Source: a virus. From it: 64,000 bases of DNA. Shown piece by piece: positions 10,551-21,014 of the stretch (position 1 is the first letter of the stretch; each line of letters opens with the position of its first letter). Below the pieces are notes generated by a model, which saw only the letters and a program-made list of their open reading frames with translations, did no database searches and was not told where the DNA came from. The translations under genes and the position numbers were made by a program. The stretch covers positions 22,018-86,017 of IMG/VR virus record IMGVR_UViG_3300042400_000613; one strand, written 5' to 3'.

Positions 10551-10578
10551 CACAGAGGTGCATTTATGCACCTCTGTG
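10551..10578. terminator. Perfect inverted repeat between tube paralogues 1 and 2 (terminator or processing hairpin)
   Basis: CACAGAGGTGCAT-TT-ATGCACCTCTGTG, with only a weak U tract. Confidence 0.55.
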
Positions 10579-10592
10579 CTTATAAAATACAC

Positions 10593-11291
10593 ATGGCATT
10601 TACACACAAACCTTTTAAGTATTTTAATCCAAAGCAGCAAATGCGCTTTGAGTTATATATGCAGGCAGATCCTTTTGGTCCTTTTTTTCCTACGTATGCC
10701 ATAAAATCAGCAGAAAGACCTACTTTAGAGAATAATCATATCACAGTAGATTACATAAATACAGAATTTCACGTTAAAGGAAAATCAAGATGGCAGCCCA
10801 TAACAATACGTTTTTATGATCCAATTGAAGATAATGGTGCCAAAATGTTACATGATTACATTAATAACTATCATCACAATTCCGGCACAACGGGAACATC
10901 TTTTAATCTTTTAACTCCGGGAGAAGATGGTTTTATACATGAATATAAAAGAACATTATATTTAAGATCATTATCACCTCATGGAGATGTCATGGATTCT
11001 TTCGTATTAGTAGGAGCATTTTTTGATTCTATTAAATGGGGAGAATTTGACATGTCTAGTGATGATTTAGTATTGATGGAAGGAACAATAGTATATGATT
11101 ATGCCATGGTTAGAGGAAGTAAGGTGAAACTTCCTGATGTAGAAGGACCTGGATTAGATGGCGGAGGCGCTAATTTCGGAAAGCAATTAGGAGATGCAGC
11201 TATAAATATTGGAAAAGGAGCAGCTCAAGCAGCCGCTAATGCCGGAATAAGTGCATTAGGTAATTTGATTGGCGGCGGCGGAAGGAACTAG
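10593..11291 (+). CDS. Tail tube protein, gp19-like (paralogue 2) with a Gly/Ala-rich tail
   Basis: Highly similar to paralogue 1 (FKYFNPKQQMR, TVDYINTEF, KGKSRWQ, TPGEDG). Start placed at 10593 by alignment of MAF. Confidence 0.88.
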   Translation: MAFTHKPFKYFNPKQQMRFELYMQADPFGPFFPTYAIKSAERPTLENNHITVDYINTEFHVKGKSRWQPITIRFYDPIEDNGAKMLHDYINNYHHNSGTTGTSFNLLTPGEDGFIHEYKRTLYLRSLSPHGDVMDSFVLVGAFFDSIKWGEFDMSSDDLVLMEGTIVYDYAMVRGSKVKLPDVEGPGLDGGGANFGKQLGDAAINIGKGAAQAAANAGISALGNLIGGGGRN

Positions 11292-11345
11292 TTTTCTTTG
11301 TTTTGTATTAATTTTAAGTTTTTAGTATATTTATTATAAAAAGAA

Positions 11346-12107
11346 ATGGCTAAATCTACGCCCATATTTAGACAGAAAAAAATAGACAGAACAGTAGCGA
11401 TAGACTCTACGGGCGCTTCTGAATATACCCAATACAGACCTTTCGCCTATTTTGAACCTAAATTAAAAAATAGATTTGTCCTTTACTTAGACGTACAAGG
11501 AATTTATATACCTAGTTATTTAGTAAAATCAGCGACTAAGCCCGGATTTACCTACGATAATATAGAATTACAGTACATTAACACAAAGACAAACTTTAAA
11601 GGTAAGATGACATGGGATCCTATAGAGATAGTACTATATGATCCTGTGGCAGCACATAGGTTTTCTCCTAGAGCAGCTAATAATCCTTTTGTAGACTCCT
11701 TATCTAGTTCTGAGGAAGTTAATAATGATTCATCTGTTTTAATATACGAGTGGATACTAAACACACACTCAAACTACATAGAAGGAAAAGAATATGCGCT
11801 AGAAACATATAAGAAAACTTTAATATTAGAAACATTAATGCCGAGAACAAATATACAATCAGAAAGATGGGAAATACATGGTGCGTATGTTTCGGCAGTA
11901 AAATGGGGTGATTTAGATTTATCGGATGATTCTTTATCCACTTGTTCTGTAACAATTATGTATGATTATGCGTTAATAAAAGACGCTAATCAAAGAAAGG
12001 TTATTCCTTACAATAAAGAGCGTATTAATCCATTAGAAACACTACCTGATTCTATTAAATCTCTTAATCAAAAAATTCCATCAGTAGGATTATTGCCAAG
12101 ATCTTAA
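11346..12107 (+). CDS. Tail tube-like protein, gp19-like (paralogue 3)
   Basis: FEPKLKNRF, KGKMTWDPIEIVLYDP, WGDLD and IMYDYA. Confidence 0.82.
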   Translation: MAKSTPIFRQKKIDRTVAIDSTGASEYTQYRPFAYFEPKLKNRFVLYLDVQGIYIPSYLVKSATKPGFTYDNIELQYINTKTNFKGKMTWDPIEIVLYDPVAAHRFSPRAANNPFVDSLSSSEEVNNDSSVLIYEWILNTHSNYIEGKEYALETYKKTLILETLMPRTNIQSERWEIHGAYVSAVKWGDLDLSDDSLSTCSVTIMYDYALIKDANQRKVIPYNKERINPLETLPDSIKSLNQKIPSVGLLPRS

Positions 12108-12129
12108 AAATTAAACAAACATAAATATT

Positions 12130-12975
12130 ATGAAGCCAGACAGAGAAGTTACATTTAATCAAAGTCCTAGCGAAGACGGTATGGAAATTCCTATTCCGGT
12201 TATTCCAACTGTCCCTCAAGGACTAAATCAGACTACATTATTAGTAGATTTACCATCTAGAGGTCTTTTTTACCCTAAAGAAAATCCTCTATCCTCGGGT
12301 CAAGTAGAATTAAGATACATGACAGCTAAAGACGAGGACATCTTAACCAATCAAAACTATATCATGCAAGGAACGGCTATTGAAAGAATGTTCCGTAACT
12401 TGCTTGTATCAGAGATTGATTGGGATGATTTATTAGTTGGAGACAAGAATGCCATTATGATTGCATCTAGGATTGCAGCTTATGGAGATGAGTACGTAAT
12501 CCAAGTTACCACACCATCAGGTAATACACAGGACACGACAATCAATTTAAGTGAATTAAAGCCCAAACCGATTGACGAATCTGTATTAGTAACTAAGAAT
12601 AGTAATTTATTTAAATTAACCTTACCTAAATCTAAAAAAGAAGTTCATGTTAAGTTATTAACAGGAAAAGAAGATAAGGAAATTGACGCTATTGTTAAAT
12701 CTTACGAGAAAGTAGGAAAAGATCCGGGCTTACTAACATTGAGATTGAAGCACATGATTGTCGCTCTTGATAATAATGTTGACTTAGTGTACATTAGAAA
12801 CTACATTGACACAGACTTATTAGCAGCAGACAGTAGAGCTATCAGATCTTTCTTAAGTAAAATTCAACCGGATGTAGATTTTAACGTAGAAGTGATAGAC
12901 CGGTACACCGGGGAGCCATTTCGCACTCCAGTGGTTTTCGATGAAAGATTTTTTTGGCCTGACCTCGAGAGATAG
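12130..12975 (+). CDS. Baseplate hub assembly/tail assembly chaperone, gp26-like
   Basis: LPSRGLFY, MTAKDEDIL, GDKNAIMIASRIAAYG and C-terminal FFWP; lies between tube and tape measure genes. Confidence 0.75.
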   Translation: MKPDREVTFNQSPSEDGMEIPIPVIPTVPQGLNQTTLLVDLPSRGLFYPKENPLSSGQVELRYMTAKDEDILTNQNYIMQGTAIERMFRNLLVSEIDWDDLLVGDKNAIMIASRIAAYGDEYVIQVTTPSGNTQDTTINLSELKPKPIDESVLVTKNSNLFKLTLPKSKKEVHVKLLTGKEDKEIDAIVKSYEKVGKDPGLLTLRLKHMIVALDNNVDLVYIRNYIDTDLLAADSRAIRSFLSKIQPDVDFNVEVIDRYTGEPFRTPVVFDERFFWPDLER

Positions 12976-13150
12976 ACAGTACATATATGAAGAAGTTTTT
13001 CAACTAATTCATTATGGAAAAGGATTTACATATAATGATTTGATGGACATGCCTATATTTATTAGAAAATTCTTTTACAATAGATTATTAGAAGCTTATG
13101 AAGAAAGAAATGAAGCAAATAAAAAAGCATCCAAAAAATCAAGAAGATAG
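12941..13150 (+). CDS. gp51-like chaperone, possibly a frameshift extension of the upstream gene
   Basis: EEVFQLIHYGKGFTYNDLMDMPIFIRKFF; overlaps the gp26-like gene across a T7 run. Confidence 0.7.
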   Translation: MKDFFGLTSRDRQYIYEEVFQLIHYGKGFTYNDLMDMPIFIRKFFYNRLLEAYEERNEANKKASKKSRR

Positions 13151-13151
13151 A

Positions 13152-13355
13152 ATGAAAGAAGTTAGGGAGGGGATTCTCTCCTCCCTTTTTTCATTATTAG
13201 CCATCCCTACACAATTAAAAATGGTGGGTAGAATGTATAATGCTGCAAAGGAAGATGAGAAATTAAAAAATCTAAGAGCCCAAAGATTACAGCGTCTGCA
13301 ATCTCTAAAACATGATTCTGATTCTAATAATAAGCATTTTAAAAAGTATAAATAA
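13152..13355 (+). CDS. Hypothetical small protein
   Basis: ORF filling the gap before the tape measure gene; likely start MKEVREG at 13152. Confidence 0.5.
   Translation: MKEVREGILSSLFSLLAIPTQLKMVGRMYNAAKEDEKLKNLRAQRLQRLQSLKHDSDSNNKHFKKYK
13164..13191 (+). terminator. Possible intrinsic terminator between the chaperone pair and the tape measure gene
   Basis: GGGAGGGGA-TTC-TCTCCTCCC followed by a T run; lies inside the small ORF. Confidence 0.45.
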
Positions 13356-13384
13356 CATCAAAGACTTAATAAATATGTGATATA

Positions 13385-16300
13385 ATGGGAATAGATGCTA
13401 TAAAAAAAATGGTAGAAGCCATCTTTAATGATTTAAGTCATTTTAAAGAGAAGTATGAATCGGCTTATGCGTCTTTAGTTACGATAAAAGACGACGGTAT
13501 AAAAGAATTACAAGCTAGTAAAAAAGATCGCTCCGCCAATTCCCAGAAAGAAATTGATCGACAAATAGAAGGTCTAAATATAGTTTACAAAAAAGAGCAC
13601 GCAAAACATGAATCCTTATTAAAAAGTATAGATAGTGCTATAAAGGCAGCGAAATTGATTAAAAGCCACACAAATGTAAATGGCTACTCTATTACAACAA
13701 TCCAAGAAGAATTAAATAATCTCATTCCATTTATTGAGACAGTATATACCGAGTCAAAGTTTCTAATAGGTAGAATAGAAATAGGATCGTATACATTAGG
13801 ACAACAACTAGAGTTGAAAGAAAAGGGTCTTGATTATCCTAAAGGAAAAGAAAAGAAGTTTTTAGAAAAAGAACTACGTATAGCCTCTGTTAATTTAAAT
13901 AATATTAACCCTGATGCTAAAGTAACATTAGGAGCTTTTAATAGAGCAAGAGGTGTAATCGACAAACAAGGAAACAGAACTGGAATAGAAGGTAAGTTAT
14001 CTGATTTAAAGGAAAGAAAAAAGAATGAATGGTTAAAGCCAACAACTTTAGACTTAAAGAGAAAAAAAGAAAATAATGATATTATTAGAAATCATTTAAC
14101 AGATATTACTCCTGATAAGTTACACACTATACCTCAAAATGTACAAAAAAAAATAAAAGCATATATAGGAGGTGTAAGTATATCTAGAGAAGAGCATTAC
14201 AAAAAAGGAGACCCTTATAATGAATCAGACCTTGAACAATTAATATACGCAAAAACAGGAATGTCTAGAGAGGATATTCTGCATAGTGAAAACTTATTTC
14301 CTAACCCAGAGGGATTAACAAATAAAAAAACGGAAGAAACTGCACAATCACCCGCAGAAATTAAATCTCCTGTAAAAAGAAAAGGAAAAAATAAAGCACC
14401 CGCAGACGTTATTTCTGATACAGCCTCTGTAGCTAATACATCATCACCCGCAAACATTACTTCTGATACAGCCTCTGTAGCTAATACATCATCACTTGCA
14501 GACGTTATTTCTGATACAGCCTCTGTAACTAATACAACATCCCCGGGAAATAGAGGAGGTGGTAAAAAGAGAAGAATTTCAATACGTGGGAGAGGTGGTA
14601 GCATTGGAGGTGCAAGTACCGGAGGAGGGTCACAATCACCTATTGAAGAGATTAAGCCTAAAGTTGAATACGGAGGAGGGTCACAATCACCAGGAGAAGT
14701 ATCGGATGAAATGCTTAAAATAATTGAGCAAGCAGTATTTAATGGAACTGCTAGAGCTTTTAGTCAATTTTCAAATTCTCCGATAAGCGCGCCATCTGAA
14801 TTTAGTGATTCGGCAATAGATAAGATAGGAAATACAGTTTATGAAGCAATGAAAAAAGCTTTAGACTATTATTCTGCATCTCCTGCTTTAAATATGGTTT
14901 TATTTGGAATAGACCCATCTGTTATGAAGTTATTAAAAGACGAGTTAGGAGGTCTTTCTAGTACAGGGGGCGGGACAGGTGATATGGATAAATTAGCCGA
15001 AGAATTAAGAAAAAGTAGAGAGAGCAATGAAAACCTAGCTAAAATGCAAGAAGCTAGAAGAAAAAAAGCAGCAGCAGAAAAAAGAAAAAAAGATAAAGAA
15101 GCAGAAAAGGAAAAAAAGAGAATAGCGGATCCTAATTCACCCGAAAGTATAGCTAAAAAGAAAAAAGAAGCCGACGCAGCAGAAAGAGCTCAAAAGAAAA
15201 AAGATAAAGAAGACCCTAATTCACTAGAAAATATAGCAAAAGCAGAAGAAAAAAAGAGGAAAGAAGAAGAAAAAAAAGCTAAAGAAGATAAAGCAAAGTT
15301 AAAAGCCGAAAGAGAAGCAGACCCCTTTAGAAAAAGATTAAAGACAATATTTAAAGAAGGAGAACAGGAGCTATCATTTCTATATGCTAAGACAGATGCT
15401 TTTGTAGGATGGATTCCAGGATTTAACGACGCTATATTAGAGGCTAGAAAAAGTGCTTTAGAAACTTTACGAAAAGGGTACGAAGAATTTGATTTAGAAT
15501 ACGCAAACTCGGGTAGTGCGTTTAAGGGTATGAAAAAAGCAATATCAGAGATGTTTAAGATATCTCCCTTCACCGTTATAGTAGCAGGATTAACAACCAT
15601 AGGAATACTTTTAGGTAAAACAATTTTTAATGCAGCTCAAAAAGTAAATACTCAAATAAAGGAAATAGCAGCAGAATTAGGAACATCAAATAGACAATCC
15701 TATGAGATGTTTAAAAATGCTATGAATGCTCAAACTCAATTTGAAAATTTACATGCTAGCTTAAGAGATGTTATGGATGCTCAAAAAGGCATTCTAGGAG
15801 ATTCTGGCATTTTATTAAGAACAAATGATAAAGCATTATCTGCCATAGCTGACAATGCAAAAAATATAGGATTGTCTGTAGAATCTGCCGGTGCATTTTA
15901 TGAGAATTTAAGAATGAAAGGGGCGGGTGATACTGAGGCGAATAATGTCATGACTGCATCACTAGAACTTGCAGATAAAAGAGGATTTTCTCCCCAATCC
16001 ATAGTAGATGATATAGCTCAAAATGCTGAATTTGCATCAAAATATTTTTCTAAGATTAATAAAGATTCTAAATCTGCTCATAGAAATTTAATCGAAACTA
16101 ATATACAAGTAAAAAACTTAGGATTAAATTTTCAGAAGGCATCTAAAATGACACAGCATTTATTGTCATTTGAGCAAAGCATTACAGCAGAAGTTGAAGC
16201 ATCTGTAGCATTAGGTACGCATGTTGATATTGGAAAAGCTAGAGAATTGCTTTTACAGGATGATATTGCCGGAGCGATGACACAAATGATGAATGCCATT

Positions 16301-17821
16301 CCGGGAGGTTATGAAGGATTTCAAAATATGGATTTTGCGGAAAGGCAATTATCGGCAAATGCTTTGGGTCTTGAAGTATCCGAACTAGAAAGAAGTTTAT
16401 ATCTCCGAGAAAAAATAAAACTGAGTAATTCCGAGGATTTGGAATTAGCCATGAGACATGATGACTATTTGAAAAAAATAGCAGGAACAAATGATGAACT
16501 TTATAGGACAGAATTAAATAAAGTACAAGCTGCCGAAAGATATAATACATCCATAGAAAAACTATCAGTATCATTTAGGTATGCTTTAGCTCCTGTTTTA
16601 GAAGCTGTAGTACCTGTAGTTGATTTATTAGCGGGTGCCATAAATAGATTAGCAGGGATTGTAAAATCATTCGTAGGTGGTATAACTGGAGCTAATTCTG
16701 ATGCTGCAATAGGGGGTGGAGGAATAAAAACCCCTGATATGTATCAAATGGGAGGAGGCGCTCTCATGGCAACCGTTATGGGAGGGCAGTTATTAAAAAT
16801 GATGAGAGGACCTGCGGGAGCTAAATTAGGAGAAGCTGTAGGTAAAGTTAAAGGAAGTTTTGATACATTAACAGGAACATTAGGCACAAAGACAAATCCT
16901 ATGTACGTTATATCATTAGGAGGAGGAGTAGGTGGAGTAGGCGGTGGCATAGGAGGAGGGAAGTTCGTTAATGGTAAATTTAGATCTCAAGAAGTATTGG
17001 ACAGGGCGGAATCTATTAGAAATATTAGAAACGCTAAAACCTCCACACCTAAACCCGGATTTTTAAAAGGAATAGTAAATAATGCAAAAAGTTTAAATTT
17101 TGGGTCAATTGTAAAAAATACAATAAAAACAGGAGGTATAGCTTCGGCCTTTTTAGGAGTATTGGATTATGCAGACAGAAAAGTTCAAGGTCAATCTACA
17201 GCCCAAGCAGCTTCTGGAGCGATTTCAGGTGGACTAGGGAGCATAGGAGGTGCAGCTCTAGGCGCAGCCATAGGAACTATATTATTGCCAGGAATAGGGA
17301 CTATAATAGGAGGTATGCTAGGAGGATATGCAGGACACACAGCAGGTTCTAGAATGTCAGATTCATTTTTTAACAAAAAATCATCCTCATCTTACGAAAC
17401 ACAACCATTTCAATATCAAGGAATGGGATTAAGCGCAACAGGATCTATATACGGGGGAGTTAATAAACCAACCGCAAAAGGAATACCTGTAGAAACATCT
17501 ATGGTTGATACCACTCCAACAACTCTTAAACCAAACTTTTCTAGTCCATTTAATACATTTCCTAATTATGGCACAACAAACATGTCTAGGGAATCTGTAA
17601 TGGTTAATAAGTCAAGTAAAAGCGTAGCCTCGACTGCTTTAGTGCAAAGTACTCTTAAGGAAAAAGAAAAAACGGATGATGCTCTAATAAAAGAGGCTCA
17701 AGAACAAACGAAATTAATGCAGGAAATGATAAAAAGATTAAATCAGCCGGCTTTAGCCTTTTTTAATGATGAGGGAAGAAAACAAACAGCAAGCTATATT
17801 AGACTTAAAGGTACACCATAA
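13385..17821 (+). CDS. Tape measure protein with a long low-complexity N-terminal half
   Basis: 1478 aa, helical and Ala-rich, LLSFEQSITAEVEA motif, Gly-rich hydrophobic GAAIGTILLPGIGTIIGG, and its position. Confidence 0.85.
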   Translation: MGIDAIKKMVEAIFNDLSHFKEKYESAYASLVTIKDDGIKELQASKKDRSANSQKEIDRQIEGLNIVYKKEHAKHESLLKSIDSAIKAAKLIKSHTNVNGYSITTIQEELNNLIPFIETVYTESKFLIGRIEIGSYTLGQQLELKEKGLDYPKGKEKKFLEKELRIASVNLNNINPDAKVTLGAFNRARGVIDKQGNRTGIEGKLSDLKERKKNEWLKPTTLDLKRKKENNDIIRNHLTDITPDKLHTIPQNVQKKIKAYIGGVSISREEHYKKGDPYNESDLEQLIYAKTGMSREDILHSENLFPNPEGLTNKKTEETAQSPAEIKSPVKRKGKNKAPADVISDTASVANTSSPANITSDTASVANTSSLADVISDTASVTNTTSPGNRGGGKKRRISIRGRGGSIGGASTGGGSQSPIEEIKPKVEYGGGSQSPGEVSDEMLKIIEQAVFNGTARAFSQFSNSPISAPSEFSDSAIDKIGNTVYEAMKKALDYYSASPALNMVLFGIDPSVMKLLKDELGGLSSTGGGTGDMDKLAEELRKSRESNENLAKMQEARRKKAAAEKRKKDKEAEKEKKRIADPNSPESIAKKKKEADAAERAQKKKDKEDPNSLENIAKAEEKKRKEEEKKAKEDKAKLKAEREADPFRKRLKTIFKEGEQELSFLYAKTDAFVGWIPGFNDAILEARKSALETLRKGYEEFDLEYANSGSAFKGMKKAISEMFKISPFTVIVAGLTTIGILLGKTIFNAAQKVNTQIKEIAAELGTSNRQSYEMFKNAMNAQTQFENLHASLRDVMDAQKGILGDSGILLRTNDKALSAIADNAKNIGLSVESAGAFYENLRMKGAGDTEANNVMTASLELADKRGFSPQSIVDDIAQNAEFASKYFSKINKDSKSAHRNLIETNIQVKNLGLNFQKASKMTQHLLSFEQSITAEVEASVALGTHVDIGKARELLLQDDIAGAMTQMMNAIPGGYEGFQNMDFAERQLSANALGLEVSELERSLYLREKIKLSNSEDLELAMRHDDYLKKIAGTNDELYRTELNKVQAAERYNTSIEKLSVSFRYALAPVLEAVVPVVDLLAGAINRLAGIVKSFVGGITGANSDAAIGGGGIKTPDMYQMGGGALMATVMGGQLLKMMRGPAGAKLGEAVGKVKGSFDTLTGTLGTKTNPMYVISLGGGVGGVGGGIGGGKFVNGKFRSQEVLDRAESIRNIRNAKTSTPKPGFLKGIVNNAKSLNFGSIVKNTIKTGGIASAFLGVLDYADRKVQGQSTAQAASGAISGGLGSIGGAALGAAIGTILLPGIGTIIGGMLGGYAGHTAGSRMSDSFFNKKSSSSYETQPFQYQGMGLSATGSIYGGVNKPTAKGIPVETSMVDTTPTTLKPNFSSPFNTFPNYGTTNMSRESVMVNKSSKSVASTALVQSTLKEKEKTDDALIKEAQEQTKLMQEMIKRLNQPALAFFNDEGRKQTASYIRLKGTP
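14399..14542 (+). repeat. Three tandem 48-bp in-frame repeats (PADVISDTASVANTSS)
   Basis: Units start at 14399, 14447 and 14495 and share the core TTCTGATACAGCCTCTGTA. Confidence 0.95.
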
Positions 17822-17830
17822 AAATTAATC

Positions 17831-18682
17831 ATGCCCATAGACGCAAAATCTTTATTTAATGTCACTTCGCTAGGTAGCCTTTCTATAAGGGAGAGAAAAA
17901 AACCATTTACTTTCAAATTCCAAAGAATATCTGCGGGTTCTGTTAGCAATGGGGTGACTATAGTATTAATGGCCTATATAAATAATATATCAGACTCCTC
18001 TAGCCCGGAATGGGATGAAAGACTAGATATAGGACGGGCAGACGCAAAAATTTTATATAAGAGCTTTAACAGAACTATATCTCTGTCTTTTACGGTCGCA
18101 GTAGAAAGTGAAGTAAATTCTAGACTTGAAGCAAATGAAATTTCTTTAGATAGAGAATTAGCTAATAGATCTAGTAATCGTTTTATTTCAGGAGTGGAAA
18201 GATCTAGAATTTTAACAGATCCTCCTACAAGTAATTTGACTAATATTAGAGGAGAACAGGGAGTTAGTATTGGCGGCGCTATACAAAGAGCAACAGGTAC
18301 TGAGTATGCTACAAGAGATGTAGCCATAAATTTAAATGACGCTTCCAAGACCTCTACATTATCCACAAGAGTAGCTAATATTACTTATCCTTCTATTACT
18401 TCCGGAATAAGTATAACTCATGTTACTTCTCAACTTAATGAATTATCCAAACTATCTCTTCCCGTATATAACGGACCTTATGTTGGATCCTATGTTAAGT
18501 TTAGCATTGGTAAACTATATACAGATGAAATAGGTTACATAAAAGGATTAACTTTTGATTGGGATAATTCACAAATAGTATGGGACGAAGACAAGGAATT
18601 GCCTATGATTACAAATGTTTCTATGGAAATAGGATATATAGGTAAAAGAAAACCTCAAGTAGCATCAAACTTTTTTGGATAA
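17831..18682 (+). CDS. Baseplate/tail tube initiator-like protein
   Basis: Follows the tape measure gene; IGRAD, YKSFNRTISLSF, IGKLY and LPMITNVS resemble tube-initiator folds. Confidence 0.6.
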   Translation: MPIDAKSLFNVTSLGSLSIRERKKPFTFKFQRISAGSVSNGVTIVLMAYINNISDSSSPEWDERLDIGRADAKILYKSFNRTISLSFTVAVESEVNSRLEANEISLDRELANRSSNRFISGVERSRILTDPPTSNLTNIRGEQGVSIGGAIQRATGTEYATRDVAINLNDASKTSTLSTRVANITYPSITSGISITHVTSQLNELSKLSLPVYNGPYVGSYVKFSIGKLYTDEIGYIKGLTFDWDNSQIVWDEDKELPMITNVSMEIGYIGKRKPQVASNFFG

Positions 18683-18999
18683 TGAATAGATACGAAGACA
18701 TAACTAATATAATAAAAGAAGAATCAGGTGTTAGAAGGTACAGTACTACGTATTATTACAAAATACCATTTAAGACTAGTGATTTTTTTATATACGCTAA
18801 ATCTGGGGACAGGTTAGACTTATTAGCTAATGATTATTACGGAGACCCTAGATATTGGTGGATACTAGCAAATGAAAACGATATAGGTAAAGGCACTATA
18901 GTACCTCCCATAGGAATAAGATTAAGAATTCCATACCCTTTAAATATGCTTGAGTTAGAACAATTAAAAAACGAATCAATAAATGGCACCTCCTTTTAG
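18682..18999 (+). CDS. LysM-like baseplate wedge protein (gp53/gpX-like)
   Basis: GDRLDLLANDYYGDPRYWWILANEN and LRIP. Confidence 0.85.
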   Translation: MNRYEDITNIIKEESGVRRYSTTYYYKIPFKTSDFFIYAKSGDRLDLLANDYYGDPRYWWILANENDIGKGTIVPPIGIRLRIPYPLNMLELEQLKNESINGTSF

Positions 19000-21001
19000 A
19001 AGAAAAATACCGGATTCCGTAAAAAATGTTCTTGGCAGTAGACTTAATCTTTATGTAAAGGGAAATACGTCTGATTACTACAAACCTAAAACAAGAAATA
19101 CTGCGTATTGTACTATAACAAAAAATGGATTAACAGTATCTACAAGAGAAGATACTTTCGAAGAGACTTATAGCCCTAAATCCCTTAAACCTAGACCCAA
19201 TTTATTACGAGCCGAAATAGAAAGAATAGGACACGATGCGTCCTTAGTAAATCTTTCTATGAGAATAAGGGGAACTATTGAAGTTTATACTCTGTCTGAC
19301 TTTATAAGATACTCTGAAGTTTTTTGTATTAACGACCCTAAAAATCAATTATCTATAACAATGGCTTATGCCGCTCCTTTTGACGGGTGCCCTTCCTATA
19401 CAGTTTCAGGATGTTATATAGCTTACGGAACCTGGCAAACTACAAATGAAAATTATTACCAGTTATCTTTTGAGGCTATAGGACCGGGAGAAGTTTTTTC
19501 TTCCGTTGATATTGGATTTAGTGGAATATGGGATAATGCTAAACTCTATTACAAGCATAATAAAACTTTTGATAATAAAGTTGTAGAATCCCAAGTTAAC
19601 GGATATTATGAATTGATGTTATATGATGCTCAGAAATCAGGAGCCACCTTAACAGATGATATACCTGATGGAACCATAGTTCCTTACGAAAGAAAAAAAA
19701 GTTATGAAGGTAAAGTTAGCAATGGTATAAAATATTTAAATTTTAGAGGGCAACTAACAAAGAGTGATATAATTGTTTATCAACCCGTAGAAGGTACGGC
19801 TTTAAGTGCGGACCCAGATCAAATACCTACCGCACAGACAACTACAGATGAGTTTTTTACTTTACAATATGTAGTAGACAGATTAATAAATGAGTTTTGT
19901 CTCTATCCTTTATATACTAAATATACAGATTCAGATTCAGGAATTAGAGATGTTTATGTAGGATTTGCGGAAAAACCAAGATGTTCTACCGTATCATTAT
20001 GTAACTCCATAGTGGTTAGATCCTGCGATCCTAGAAAAATTCTTATATTAGGTAATGGAGCAGGAGATTACAGAGATAAAGAAATTAAAGTTACAGGAAA
20101 GAATTACGAAAAAGGAATAGCTTTAGATGGAATAAAATCTCATTATGGAGATTATATAGATTTTAGAAAGATATTAATACATAGAAATATAATATGGGAA
20201 GCTATAAATGCGACAATGCATACTGTTGAGAAACCTAGAGCTGGAGTAAATTCAAAAGATAATTTTATATTAGAAGAATATTTAAGAGTAACAGAATTTT
20301 TTAAAAACATATTTACTACGATTAGCAACTGTACTGGTGGTTTTGTTCAACTAGGTTTGATAGTAGACGACGGGACTAATGACAAAGATGATTTAACTAA
20401 ACACAAAATTTTGAAAATAGTACCTACCACTTTCGTAGATACCGGATTAGATATATGGAAATTCAATACTTTGAATGGTGACGGATCTACTAGAGAACTT
20501 AGTATTACCGCCGAATTACCTTCTACTGATTTGCACGCATCTTTAGTTAAAAACATATTTAATAATTCTAGAGTAACAAATGCTATTAGAAGCGATACCA
20601 ATGACGGATTATCTATCAATGATTTAGAAGAGCTAGCTACTAGACTTTTAGATGAATACTATAATAAATTAATGCCTAGAACAAAATATAGTAATGAGAC
20701 TTGTGATGCAGCTAGAACTTTATTATTTAATATAAACAAAGGAAGACCAACATCTTCTTTAGTAAATAATAATCAATATTTATGGCTCATGAAAATGAAT
20801 GTCAAAATGGACGGAGTAGGAGGATGGAGAATAGGACATCATATAAACAGCAATACAGTTCCTCCAAGTTATACTACGGATAGAGATATTGCTTTTATAG
20901 TTACTAGAGTTCATCATGTAGTAGAGGGACAGGATTGGCAAACTGAATTAGAGTCCATTTGTACAGTTGTACCTCCGGGAACGCCTACCTTAGGAGCATA
21001 A
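18983..21001 (+). CDS. Probable baseplate hub protein
   Basis: Position after the LysM-like gene; the C-terminal MDGVGGWRIG and FIVTRVHHVV..W.TEL resemble hub proteins. Confidence 0.55.
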   Translation: MAPPFRRKIPDSVKNVLGSRLNLYVKGNTSDYYKPKTRNTAYCTITKNGLTVSTREDTFEETYSPKSLKPRPNLLRAEIERIGHDASLVNLSMRIRGTIEVYTLSDFIRYSEVFCINDPKNQLSITMAYAAPFDGCPSYTVSGCYIAYGTWQTTNENYYQLSFEAIGPGEVFSSVDIGFSGIWDNAKLYYKHNKTFDNKVVESQVNGYYELMLYDAQKSGATLTDDIPDGTIVPYERKKSYEGKVSNGIKYLNFRGQLTKSDIIVYQPVEGTALSADPDQIPTAQTTTDEFFTLQYVVDRLINEFCLYPLYTKYTDSDSGIRDVYVGFAEKPRCSTVSLCNSIVVRSCDPRKILILGNGAGDYRDKEIKVTGKNYEKGIALDGIKSHYGDYIDFRKILIHRNIIWEAINATMHTVEKPRAGVNSKDNFILEEYLRVTEFFKNIFTTISNCTGGFVQLGLIVDDGTNDKDDLTKHKILKIVPTTFVDTGLDIWKFNTLNGDGSTRELSITAELPSTDLHASLVKNIFNNSRVTNAIRSDTNDGLSINDLEELATRLLDEYYNKLMPRTKYSNETCDAARTLLFNINKGRPTSSLVNNNQYLWLMKMNVKMDGVGGWRIGHHINSNTVPPSYTTDRDIAFIVTRVHHVVEGQDWQTELESICTVVPPGTPTLGA

Positions 21002-21014
21002 AATAAAATAAATC

